Positions 17,601 to 27,000 of a DNA stretch of 32,000 bases are shown one piece after another. The notes under the pieces are model-generated. The model did no database searches and had not been told where the DNA came from. It worked only from the letters and a program-made list of their open reading frames with translations. The DNA is taken from the NCBI GenBank assembly GCA_942493095.1, contig OW818675.1:1080001-1112000 (forward strand), given 5' to 3'. How positions within the stretch are numbered: the first letter of the stretch is position 1; every line of letters begins with the position of its first letter. Position numbers and translations under genes: made by a program. The stretch is from Candidatus Electronema halotolerans (GTDB taxonomy: Bacteria > Desulfobacterota > Desulfobulbia > Desulfobulbales > Desulfobulbaceae).

Positions 17601-20526
17601 TGCCGTCCGTGTCATGGCCGTAGCTGACTGCATGGCCTTCCGGGTCGGTCACGCTCTTCAGACGGGCTGTCGGTGTCCAGCTCAGGGCGGTGCTGTAGCC
17701 CCGTGGATTCAAGGCTTGGAGCAGATTGCCCATTGGGTCATAGCTGAACTGCCATTCATAGCCTTCCGGGTCGCGGCTGGCAATGCGGCGGCTTTGCAGG
17801 TCATAGCTGTAGCTGAAGACATTGCCTGCCGGATCGGTCTTAGCCAGCAGGTCGCCGACCAAGTTGTATTCGTAGCGGGTCGTCACGTTGGTGTCCGCAG
17901 AAGCGGCAAAGCCGGGCCGCCAGTTGCGGGTCACAGAAACAGGCCGGCCCAAGGCATCGTATTCGGTATGTGTGACTGTGCCGTTCGCATCGGTGAAATC
18001 GGTGATTCTGCCGTGTTCGTCGCGCTGATAGCTGAACTCGGCATCTAACGGCCCGGAAACCTTGGCCAGCCGGAGCATGGAATCATGGACGTATTCCCAT
18101 TTGCGGCCCTCGGCATCAGTGAAGCCGGTCTTTTCAGCCATCAGGCCATACTCGAATCTGGCCGCCTCAAAGCCGAGCTGGTTGACGATCAGCTCCGGCT
18201 TGTCCGAAGCATTATGCGTCAAACGGACTTCACCGCCGTTCGGATCAACCTTGCTTTCCGGCAGATTATTGGCGTTGTATGAAAATTCCAGATGAAAGCC
18301 AATTGGCCCATCTACTGCGGTCAAATTTCCCGCCTTGTCATAGGCGTACCTGTACTGTCCGCCGAGTGGCTTGGTCATGGTCTTGAGGCGGCCAAGCCCG
18401 TCATGCTCCAGCGCAGTGACTGCATTTTCCGCATCCGTGACCATGACCAAATCGCCTGCCGCATCGTAGCTGCGGTTTGAAACGTTGCCGTTCAGGTCAG
18501 TCATCTGCACCGGCAGGCCTCTGTCATCGTAAGTCACTGCGCCGCAGGCATTGAGGGCGTTGCAGAATTCCGTCAAATTGCCCCTGTCATCGTAAGTAAA
18601 GGTGCTGGCCCGTTCGGTCGCCTCATCCACCTTTTCGGTCATCTTCGTGACCTGATTGCGCTCATTGTACTCCCAAGCCCGGTGCCAGCCGAGCGGCCCG
18701 TCCGCAGTCAGGCGGTTGCCGTTCTTGTCAAACGTCCAGTGCCATTCCGCCCCGCTCTGATCGGTGTAGCCGGTGCGGTTCAGGTCATTGTCATACTCGA
18801 ACTGTTCAACTGTGCCGTCCCGGTGTTCAAGGCGGATAAGGCGCAGGTCGGCATCATAATGATGCACTTCGGCGTTGCCGTAAGCATCTGTGACCGTAGT
18901 TTTGCCGTTTTCGTAGCTGAAGGACTGTTCCGCGCTCTCGCCGACAATCTGGCTGCTGACTCGGTATTCTTCATCATAGCTGTTGCGCACGACCGGGTGC
19001 CCTTTGGCTGAAATTATTTCAGTCATCTGGCCATGATCGTCATAATGGTACGCAGTGCGGTTGCCTTTGCCGTCAACAAAAGCGGCAAGCAGGCCGTCTT
19101 CGTATTCGTAGCGCAGGGTGATGTCCTCCGGCAGCCGGGCCTCAATGATCTGGCCGTCATCATTCAAGGTGAACTCAACCCGCCGTCCGCCTGAATTCTC
19201 GACTGCGGCCAGCTTGCCGTCCGCATAGATCAGCCTGATCTGATTGCCGTTGCGGTCAGTCAGGGCCGTCAAATGGCCTTTGCTGTCAAAGCGTTTTTCT
19301 TCGGATGAGGAACAGCCGCAGTCTGCGGGCCGCAGCACGTACTCGCCGCCTTCCTTGGTTACCACGTCATGGGTGCCGGGGCTGTCTGACACATAGCTGC
19401 TGCCGGATTTCTTGAAATTGGCCGTGTGGCCGTCGGCATAAAGCACCTGCACCCCTTGAAAAGCAGGCTTCATGTCAATCTTGAGCAGATACTGGCCCAG
19501 CTCGGAAGTCCAGCCCTTGCCGAAATACTGCGGCGGCTGGGCCTTGATCTTCACCTTGCCGTCCGGGTAATGACGGGTCAATGTGGCCGGAGAACGCAAA
19601 GCAGCCAAGGAGTTATAGGCGCGGGCCAGCCGGATCGTGCTGTTGCCCGGCCCGGCCACGCTGCCGTCGGTTTCATCATAGACAAAGTTGCCGATGGCCG
19701 TGTTGACTGGGTCGCCGGTGTGCCGCTGCGAACCGCCGCAATTGCCGCATTTCAGAGATTGACCCCACCAAGCCGAACCCGGAGAAAAATAGTTGTACTC
19801 CATTGAAGCGGACATGCCGGGGCATAAGCCTTTGACCTCAATGGTGTTGCTGCTGTCCGTCTTCATGCCGGTGCTGTCCGAGCCAGTGTAACCGCCAGAG
19901 CCGGTTTTCATCTCAGATTCGCTGTCGTTTACCTCCAAGGTCGGATCATCTCCGGCATTCTCTACATCCGCCTTGACCGCAACTTCACCGTTGCCCAAGT
20001 CAACGTGATCCACGTAACTGATAGCTGGCGGCGGGAATAGACAAGCTCCGCCAGCACCGCCGCCTACAACAGCGTAAAGCCGTTTATAGCCCGGATAGGA
20101 GCCGCCTGACAGGTAGGGAAGCACACTGCCGTCATCGGTGATGATGTCGAAAAAAATGAAGAACACGCCACCTTCCGGCGGCAGGGTGAAATTGAAATTG
20201 GCCGTGACTTGGCCGGGGCCGCCGTCTGGTGCTAAAGAGAAAGTGGAGTAACTGCCGCTGACCGTCCCGGCATAAGGAACATAGCTGAAGCCCGTCCATT
20301 GATACACGTCCGGGTTGCTTAACGTGAAGCCCTTGATCGGGCAGCCGGTGTTGTTGACCAAACCCCAAACTTGGGTGAAATTCGGCCCCGGCCCACTGGC
20401 CGGAACTTCCCAATTTGCGTACAGCGGTTCCCGTTCATCGCATTGGTAAGCTGATGCTGCGGAAGTGAAAAGGAAAAAGACTGCAAGAAGCAGTAGGGAG
20501 GCGGACAGATAATGACTGGCTCTCAT
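14629..20526 (-). CDS. Secreted Rhs/YD-repeat polymorphic toxin-like protein
   Basis: Signal peptide-like MRASHYLSASLLLLAVFFLFTSAASA, GDPVNTAIGNFVYDETDG (DUF6531-like), many YD repeats, core end HYEPETGVWMGQDVYRG...NPVNYIDKNGYF, then a divergent C-terminal tip. ATG at 20526 preferred over the 20589 start (signal peptide plus GGAG). Confidence 0.9.
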   Translation of the reverse strand: MRASHYLSASLLLLAVFFLFTSAASAYQCDEREPLYANWEVPASGPGPNFTQVWGLVNNTGCPIKGFTLSNPDVYQWTGFSYVPYAGTVSGSYSTFSLAPDGGPGQVTANFNFTLPPEGGVFFIFFDIITDDGSVLPYLSGGSYPGYKRLYAVVGGGAGGACLFPPPAISYVDHVDLGNGEVAVKADVENAGDDPTLEVNDSESEMKTGSGGYTGSDSTGMKTDSSNTIEVKGLCPGMSASMEYNYFSPGSAWWGQSLKCGNCGGSQRHTGDPVNTAIGNFVYDETDGSVAGPGNSTIRLARAYNSLAALRSPATLTRHYPDGKVKIKAQPPQYFGKGWTSELGQYLLKIDMKPAFQGVQVLYADGHTANFKKSGSSYVSDSPGTHDVVTKEGGEYVLRPADCGCSSSEEKRFDSKGHLTALTDRNGNQIRLIYADGKLAAVENSGGRRVEFTLNDDGQIIEARLPEDITLRYEYEDGLLAAFVDGKGNRTAYHYDDHGQMTEIISAKGHPVVRNSYDEEYRVSSQIVGESAEQSFSYENGKTTVTDAYGNAEVHHYDADLRLIRLEHRDGTVEQFEYDNDLNRTGYTDQSGAEWHWTFDKNGNRLTADGPLGWHRAWEYNERNQVTKMTEKVDEATERASTFTYDDRGNLTEFCNALNACGAVTYDDRGLPVQMTDLNGNVSNRSYDAAGDLVMVTDAENAVTALEHDGLGRLKTMTKPLGGQYRYAYDKAGNLTAVDGPIGFHLEFSYNANNLPESKVDPNGGEVRLTHNASDKPELIVNQLGFEAARFEYGLMAEKTGFTDAEGRKWEYVHDSMLRLAKVSGPLDAEFSYQRDEHGRITDFTDANGTVTHTEYDALGRPVSVTRNWRPGFAASADTNVTTRYEYNLVGDLLAKTDPAGNVFSYSYDLQSRRIASRDPEGYEWQFSYDPMGNLLQALNPRGYSTALSWTPTARLKSVTDPEGHAVSYGHDTDGNLISKTSALGIVTRYEYDALDRRAAMIRNYDPAQAADQQSNVTVEYGYDLAGNLTSLTDPLGHQASFAYDAAHRRVEAVDFEDGTTSYAYDKVDNLISRTDAEGNATQYIYDDLDRKISRTNAEDETIGYVYDLMGNKVQLVEADGGVTRYGHDGLYRLNQVIQNWRPGAAPADDVNAVTRYAYDARGLLLEIVNANNAATRFSYDKVGNLLQETDPLGKTWQYAYDGMGNRISRKDGNNALTEYAFFPDDLLQRIAYADGSAVSYAYDADNRRTLMKDWLGETNWQYDPLGRVTGTTDPLGSALAFAYDADSNRTALRYPDGSLVEYAYSPNNWLQMMTVGTIHELSQQTEYSRNKVGSVTKIVNANTTETEIEYDRVYRTLSRATAAKGKNIVAFAYTYNELGHVIEASKRYGWRNPEEQQESYAYDGLRRLAEVSISPLKNNGNTATMRYAYDPVGNRLSWQTDDDLSTAQPGDGFSRTYAYNAANQLLRAETNSMTANPNRSIIQEYRYDSNGSRIGRTERDSNGPVYGTDYSFDPENRLIRALDYQLAGKGGKNRINRAVTLLDYDGGGRRLAQSYDPKAGKGGLKRVEYAFDGLDPVAEYNQLNGQYDNYYRGTDNEISVSQHFNSGAAGQLHWYHYNRKGDVAGLTKQNGNAAHTYRYEPYGAVIPENGNFTDPHNHYTLTGKEFDENTGLVWFGARHYEPETGVWMGQDVYRGRLDEPGSLHRFGYVENNPVNYIDKNGYFIDTLWDAANVGVDLARIAWSTGELIAANMNDDECLKKDALNGLKSAGFDLGLDLIATAIPFVPAGLNKVGKGIKSYKYVSSAIDDYKYGKYILKGGEYLYDGIDESAREIIRQIKDDEKINISKSKALNEGFNILDLSEELIMSPFKRIIKKQLFPRGDVGRPPVNWKSKLFGVKSLKNNYFKFIDDFDSGFYENVDDFLENAGKFTTGKSCMPYPIKPDESFRPDNDLNDFIGGAAIGAW

Positions 20527-20667
20527 GGAAGTGTCTCCGCTGCGGGGAAGGCTGGACTGCTGGATGAATGAGCTGCAAAGCCCAAACATACCAATACTTG
20601 GTAAAAACTGTCAACAGTTTTCGTCCAGTCGCAATGAGATGTTTTCCTTAGAGGATACCCGGTATCC

Positions 20668-22266
20668 TTAATGATTCAGCATTTCCTCAATCTCCCGCAG
20701 CAGCCGGGACAGGCTGGCCGGATCATGAGCACTGACAGGGATGCCGTCTTGGGATCGTTTGGGCGGGCCGTCTAACAGGTCAATTTTGTTATAGACCCTC
20801 AGACAGGGAATTTGCTCTAAGTCCAACTCGCGCAGCAGCTCCTCCACTGTCGCGGCCTGCTCCTGCCAAAGCGGGTTGGCCCGGTCAATGACATGGAGAA
20901 GCAGGTCTGCCTCGGCCAGCTCTTCCAAGGTGGAGGCAAAGGCTTTGAGCAGCTCGGCAGGTAATCTGCGAATGAAGCCCACCGTGTCGGTCAGCACTGC
21001 CTCGGTGCCGCCGGGCAGGCGGAATTGGCGCGAGGTCGGATCAAGGGTGGCAAAGAGCATGTTCTCAGAGAAAATATGCGAGCCGGTCATGGTGTTGAGC
21101 AGGGTTGACTTGCCCGCATTGGTGTAGCCGACCAAGGAAACCACTGGCACCTCGTGCTTGCGGCGGCGGCTCCGGCGGTTGTACCGCTGGCTGCCCACCG
21201 CCTTCAGCTCATCCGCCAGCCTGGCAATGCGGTCGCTGATCCGGCGACGGTCAATCTCCAGCTTGGTCTCGCCTGGCCCGCGTGCGCCAATGCCGCCAGT
21301 GAGCCGCGACAGGGCATCATCCCGGCTGGCGAGAAAGGGCAGCAGATATTTAAGCTGGGCCATCTCAATCTGGAGCCTGCCTTCCCGTGACAGAGCGCGA
21401 CTGGCAAAGATGTCAAGGATGAGCTGCGTCCGGTCAATGACCCGCAGGTCAGTGCGGCTGGTGATGGAGCGCACCTGCGAGGGAGTCAGCTCCTGATCAA
21501 AGATCAGCAAGTTGGCTCCGGTGCTGATGCTCATCAGCATGATCTCCATCAGCTTGCCGCTGCCCAGAATGAAACGAGGATCAACCTTGGCCCGATGCTG
21601 GATCACCCGTTCCACAGCCTGCACCTTGGCGGCCCGAGCCAGCTCGGTCAGTTCCAGCATGGACTCTGCCGCCTCAGCCTTGGAGCCGGTGCTGACTGAA
21701 ATCAGGATGGCCCGGTCTTGGCCCTTATCGACTTCGCGCAGCGGCTGGCTGCGGGCAAGCTGCTCTTCAATCTCCTCAATCAGCACAAGACAGGATGGCT
21801 GCGGCCCGGCAGGATGGACAGGCTCCAGCCTGAGCCAGCCCTTTTTCCCGCCCGGCTGGATATGGGCGGTATGAAGGAGATTCGGCTCGCTGCCGCGCAA
21901 GGTCAGGACAGACATCATGTCCAAGCGCAGGCAGACCATGTCCATGATGTCTTCATCATCCGGGCCGGACGCGCTGAAATGCGTGTGGATGCAGCGCAGG
22001 CCGCAAAGACGGCCCCCGCTCGTGCGCACTTGGTTCAGGACGGGAATTTCGATCCGGTCATGACTGCCGACAATGACGCTTTCTGCCGCGCCGGAACGCT
22101 GAATGAGCAGGCCAAGCTGCCGGTTCAGTTCCGCAGACAGGGCGGCCAGACTGCGGGCCGTCTCCCGCCCGATGATCTCATCCGGGCTGGTCTTTTTCCG
22201 CAGCAGCAGTTCCAGCTGGCGGATTTGGCTTTTCTTGAGATTGGCTGTGCTGCCGACGATGGAAAT
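20668..22266 (-). CDS. hflX: GTPase HflX (start codon uncertain; homologous region extends beyond the listed start at 22029)
   Basis: GGIGARGPGETKLEIDRRRI, SLVGYTNAGKSTLLNTMTG, LFATLDPTSR, LTDTVGFIRRLP. Upstream in-frame ISIVGSTANLKKSQIRQLELLLRKKTSPDEIIGRETARSLAALSAELNRQLGLLIQRSGAAESVIVGSHDRIEIP also looks HflX-like. Confidence 0.93.
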   Translation of the reverse strand: MSIVGSTANLKKSQIRQLELLLRKKTSPDEIIGRETARSLAALSAELNRQLGLLIQRSGAAESVIVGSHDRIEIPVLNQVRTSGGRLCGLRCIHTHFSASGPDDEDIMDMVCLRLDMMSVLTLRGSEPNLLHTAHIQPGGKKGWLRLEPVHPAGPQPSCLVLIEEIEEQLARSQPLREVDKGQDRAILISVSTGSKAEAAESMLELTELARAAKVQAVERVIQHRAKVDPRFILGSGKLMEIMLMSISTGANLLIFDQELTPSQVRSITSRTDLRVIDRTQLILDIFASRALSREGRLQIEMAQLKYLLPFLASRDDALSRLTGGIGARGPGETKLEIDRRRISDRIARLADELKAVGSQRYNRRSRRRKHEVPVVSLVGYTNAGKSTLLNTMTGSHIFSENMLFATLDPTSRQFRLPGGTEAVLTDTVGFIRRLPAELLKAFASTLEELAEADLLLHVIDRANPLWQEQAATVEELLRELDLEQIPCLRVYNKIDLLDGPPKRSQDGIPVSAHDPASLSRLLREIEEMLNH

Positions 22267-22439
22267 AATACCCTCCTTTGCGCCGCGTTCAAATGCGGCT
22301 TCTGCAACAGGATACCGCCTGCTGCGTTTTTTTTCAAGATCAGCGAAACTGGCGGCGCAGTCTTCTCCTTTGAAAAATTGCCTGCAACCGGTTACATTGC
22401 GTTCTCAGCCGTCTGCGCCCTGCAATCAAGGAGGAAACA

Positions 22440-23102
22440 ATGCAAAAAAATATATGGCTTCTGCTGCTCCTGTCTGCATTGTCGGCAGTGCTGCCCGCCT
22501 GTCCGGCGCAGGCGGAGTGGAACATGACCAGGTCGATCAAGGAGCTGCTTGCAAAACCCAAACCTGCATCTGAGGCGGCGGAAAAAAAAGAAGGTGAAGA
22601 AAAACAGGCGGCCCGGCAGGAATTTTCACCCCGGAACCGCTTCAAGGACAATGGCGACGGCACGCTGACTGACACCAGCACTGGCCTGATCTGGCTGAAA
22701 AATGCCAACTGCGCTGTTTTTTTCAAGGACGATTCCTCGGTCAAAAACAGCCGCCCTTGGCATGAAGCGCGGCTGGCGGCCTATAATCTGTCTGACGGCT
22801 TCTGCGGCCTGTCCGACAATTCCAAATCAGGCGACTGGCGGCTGCCTGAGCGCGAGGAGCTGCTGGGCATTGCCCATCATTCTGAAGACAAGGACAACTG
22901 GGCCGCAGGCGAAGCCTTCAGCGACATCCAGTCCTTTTATTACTGGTCATCCACCATTGGCGACCTGTATCCTGATTTCGCCTTTTATGTCAGCCTCGCC
23001 TATGGTATGGACAACTATGCCTTTCAGCTCAACAGCTTCCACGTGCTGCCGGTGCGGAAGCCAAAGAAGCAGCAGGCAGCGCTGTCAAGCGGGTCAAAAT
23101 AA
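22440..23102 (+). CDS. Secreted DUF1566 (Lcl) domain protein
   Basis: Signal peptide-like N-terminus; DNGDGTLTDTSTGLIWLKNANC, SGDWRLPEREELLGIA, YYWSSTIGD. Confidence 0.8.
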   Translation: MQKNIWLLLLLSALSAVLPACPAQAEWNMTRSIKELLAKPKPASEAAEKKEGEEKQAARQEFSPRNRFKDNGDGTLTDTSTGLIWLKNANCAVFFKDDSSVKNSRPWHEARLAAYNLSDGFCGLSDNSKSGDWRLPEREELLGIAHHSEDKDNWAAGEAFSDIQSFYYWSSTIGDLYPDFAFYVSLAYGMDNYAFQLNSFHVLPVRKPKKQQAALSSGSK

Positions 23103-23488
23103 CAGATGCTCTGGTTTAAGCAATTTTTCCAGCAGCGGCCCGCAGGCCGGGCATGGACATTTATGTCCCCTCCTCTGTATTTCCTTGCAATCCCGGCAAA
23201 AGTATGGCAAACTGCATCCAGTTGTAACTTCGTTGTTTCAGTAAGAAACAGCGTATTCTGACCGCCTGTTTTCACATCTGAAAATACTTTTTCGACCCGA
23301 CCGGGGTCGAGAAAAGCTGTCGGCGGCTCCTGCCTCCCTCCAAGCTCCCCCTGCGCCCTTTGCAAGCTGGCGCATCTCTCCGGCGGGCAGACGGGCAGCG
23401 GGCTGTCTGCGCCACGTCATGACAAAAATCCGCTGCACCCCGGCACGCTCGGAACAGCGGCTTCATTTTCAACTTGCGGAGAGAGAAC

Positions 23489-24097
23489 ATGTCTGATTAT
23501 CAACCAAAAATCTTGGGATTTCTGTGCAACTGGTGCTGCTACACCGCTGCTGACTCAGCCGGGGTGGGCCGCTATCAGTATCCGCCCAGCCTGCGGGTCA
23601 TCCGCATGATGTGTACGGGCAGGCTCGACCCCTCCTTTCCGCTCGAAGGCCTGGCCAACGGCGCGGACGCAGTCTTTGTCGGCGGCTGTCATCCGGGCGA
23701 ATGCCATTACATTGACGGCAACTACCATGCCTTGGTCTCTGCCGCCTTGGTGCATGAGACGCTGGAGCGGCTCGGCATCAGCAAGGACCGCTTCCTGATC
23801 GACTGGGCCTCAGCTGCGGAAGGCCCGAACTTTGTCAAGATCATCACCCGCTTCACCCAGCGGGCCGCCGAGCTGGGGCCGCTCGGTCAGGCCGAGGGTA
23901 TGGATCAGGCTGAACTGCGGCAGAAGCTGCTTGAGGCTGCCGAGGTGGCCCGGAACAGAAAAATCCGCACCAACCTGATCAGTGCCAGCAAAGAAATGAT
24001 GAAGAGCGGCGACTTTTCCCGGCCTGCGATTGCCGAACTCGTCGCGGCCAAGTGCGATAAAAACCTGACCCAACTCCTTGGAGGACAACCTGCATGA
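23489..24097 (+). CDS. mvhD: Hydrogenase/heterodisulfide reductase-associated iron-sulfur subunit, MvhD-like
   Basis: ILGFLCNWCCYTAADSAGVGRYQYPPSLRVIRMMCTGRLDP, ADAVFVGGCHPGECHYIDGN; overlaps the next gene. Confidence 0.9.
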   Translation: MSDYQPKILGFLCNWCCYTAADSAGVGRYQYPPSLRVIRMMCTGRLDPSFPLEGLANGADAVFVGGCHPGECHYIDGNYHALVSAALVHETLERLGISKDRFLIDWASAAEGPNFVKIITRFTQRAAELGPLGQAEGMDQAELRQKLLEAAEVARNRKIRTNLISASKEMMKSGDFSRPAIAELVAAKCDKNLTQLLGGQPA

Positions 24098-27000
24098 GCA
24101 AGACCGCAACCCTGACCATCAACGGCCAGCAGTTCAGCCTTGCCCCTGACCAGACCATCCTGGCCGCCGCTGCGGAGGCAGGGATTGACATCCCGCATCT
24201 CTGCCACCTGCCGGGCCGCCGCGATGCTGACCAGCCGTGCCTGCTCTGCCTTGTCGAGGTGAACGGCAAGCGGATGCGGGCCTGCAAGACGCTGATCATG
24301 GACGGCATGGTGATTGAGACCGAGACTCCGGCCTTGGTCGAGCACCGCAAGGAGCGGCTGACCCAGCTCGCGGCTGGTCATTACGGCGACTGCAAGGCCC
24401 CGTGCAGCATGACCTGCCCCGGCTTGATCAACGTGCAGGGCTATATCGGCCTGATTGCCCAGCGGCAGTTCGGCCCGGCCCTCCAGCTAATCAGGGAGAA
24501 GAATCCCCTGCCCGGCATAGTCTGCCGGGTCTGCCCGGCCTTTTGCGAGTATCCCTGCCGCCGCGCCCTGCTGGATGAGGCTGTTGCCATCAACAATCTG
24601 AAACGCTTTGCCTTTGACTATGCGGTCAAGCATCCCCTGCCGCCGGAGACAACCGCTCCGGCCACGGGTCGCAAGGCGGCAATCATCGGCGGCGGCCCGG
24701 CGGGTCTGAGCGCGGCCTGGTTCCTGCGCAAGCAGGGCCACAGCGTCACCATCTTTGAGGCCGGCCCGGCTTTGGGCGGAGCCGCCCGCACTGCCATTCC
24801 CGCCTTCAAGCTGCCCAAGGAGAACTTGGCCCGGGAGATTGAGGCCGTGCTTTCCCTTGGCGTTGAGGTCAAGACCAGCACCGCCTGGGGCCGGGACTTC
24901 TCCCTTGCCGACCTTCAGCAGCAGGGCTTTGAGGCAGTGTTCATCGCCACAGGTCTTGCCGGTCATAAGAAATTGAGCGTGCCAGGCAGCGAGCTGACCC
25001 AGGACGGTCTGAACTTCCTTGCTCAAGTCAACCAAGGCAGCCTGACCTCCCTGTCCGGCAAGGTCCTGGTGGTCGGCGGCAGCAAGACAGCCCTGGAGGC
25101 GGCCCGCTGCGCCCTGCGGCTGGGCGCTGAGGAAGTCCTGCTGATTCACGACCGGGCCGCTGTCCGCATGACCGCGTATGAGAAGGACATCCGGGCGGCG
25201 CAGGAGGAAAAGGTGCGGATGCTGATGCTGACCGCCCTGCTGGCGGTGCGGCAGGAGGAAGACGGCACCCTGACCGCTGATCTGGCCCGGACAGAGCTGG
25301 TTGATGACGACGTGCGGGGCGCGCCCGTGGTCAGGGAGGGGGCTTCCCTGATCTGGCAGGGCGGCACCATTCTCAACTGCCGGGGACGGCAGGGCGACAG
25401 CGGCTTCCTGTCGTATGGCGAACTGGAGAGCAGGCTGGAGATCACGGCCAAGAAGACCATCAAGGTCAGCTCATCGACCATGCAGACCTGCCTGCCCGGC
25501 ATCTATGCGGGCGGGGAAGTGGCCAGCGGGCCGCGCTCAGTGATTCAGGCGGTCAATGCGGGCCGCAAGGCGGCTGAGGCCATGCACCGGCAGTTTGGCG
25601 GGGTTGAGCCGGAACTGGCGGACGGGCATTTCAACTTCAGCAAAGGCCGCAAGTTCGACAGCATCGACATGAGCAACTACAGCGGCATGGCCATTCAGCC
25701 ACGGCCCGTGATGCCGCAGCAGGCGAGTGCGCAACCCCGCCGCGATTTCAGCCAGACCGAGCTGGGCTACACGGAAGAAATGGCCGTGCGCGAGGCCCGA
25801 CGCTGCCTGGAATGCGGCTGCACTGCCCTGAGCAAGTGCGAGCTGCGCCCGCTCTGCCGGGATCACAAGGTCTCTGCCAATGCGGCCCCGGCCCAGCGGC
25901 GGAGCGCGGTTGACAGCTCGCATCTCTTCATCAGCGTGGATGCGGACCGCTGCATCGGCTGCCAGCGCTGCGAGCGATCCTGCGAGTTTGATGCCTTTGT
26001 CTATGCTCCGGGCGAGCTGGTGCCGACCTTGACGATCAAGGACAACTGCGTCTCCTGCGGGGCCTGCGTCGATGCCTGTCCGACCGGTGCCCTGACCAAG
26101 AAGCAGCTGGCCCTGCCGCTGCTGCCAGGTGAAGCGGAACTGGTGCGGAGCGTCTGCACCTACTGCGGCACCGGCTGCAGCGTCGATATTGCCTTGAAAA
26201 GCGGCACCATTGTCGAGATCAAGGCCCTGTCTGACGCGCCGCCCAACAACGGCGATCTCTGCGTCAAAGGCCGCTTCGGCTATGACTTCTACTCCCACCC
26301 GGAGCGGCTGACCAGGCCCCTGATCCGGGAGCGGCTCGACCAGCCCTTCCGCGAGGCAAGCTGGCAGGAGGCCCTGTCCTTTGCCGCATCAGGCTTCCTG
26401 CGCATTCAGGAGCAGCACGGCCCGCAGGCCCTTGGCGTGCTCTCCTCTTCCCGCTGCGAGAACGAGGTCAACTACTTGGCCCAAAAGTTCTGCCGGGCTG
26501 TATTCCGCAGCAACTCGGTGGATAACTGCGCCCGCGTCTGCCATGCGCCCTCAGTCAGCGGCCTGCGCATCGCTCTGGGCAGCGGCGCGGCCACCAATGC
26601 CTTGGAGGACATTGAAGGCACAGAAGTGCTGCTGATCAGCGGTTCCAATCCGGCTGAAGCTCATCCTGTGGTGGGGATGAAGGTGCGCCGGGCCTTACGT
26701 AAGGGCGGTAAACTGATCGTCATTGATCCGCGCCAAACCGAGATGGCCAAGCTGGCTGACATCCACCTCCAGCTCATTCCGGGCACCAATGTCCTCCTGC
26801 TCAACTCCCTGCTTCATGCCATTCTTGACGAGGGCTTGGAGGACAAGGACTTTATTGCCGCCCGGACCGAGAACTTAGACAGGGTGCGCGAGCACGTCGC
26901 CGCCTACGCGCCGGAAGTCATGGCCGAGCAGACCGGCGTGCCTGCGGAGCTGGTGCGCAAGGCGGCCCGCCTCTACTGCTCAACCAAGAAGGGCATGATC

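Noticed and set aside
16075-18048. 657-aa plus-strand ORF
   Set aside because: Antisense shadow ORF of the GC-rich YD-repeat Rhs gene; no recognisable motifs.
15400-19700. Possible tandem DNA repeat/CRISPR-like periodicity
   Set aside because: Similarity is at the YD-repeat protein level with variable spacing, not exact DNA repeats.
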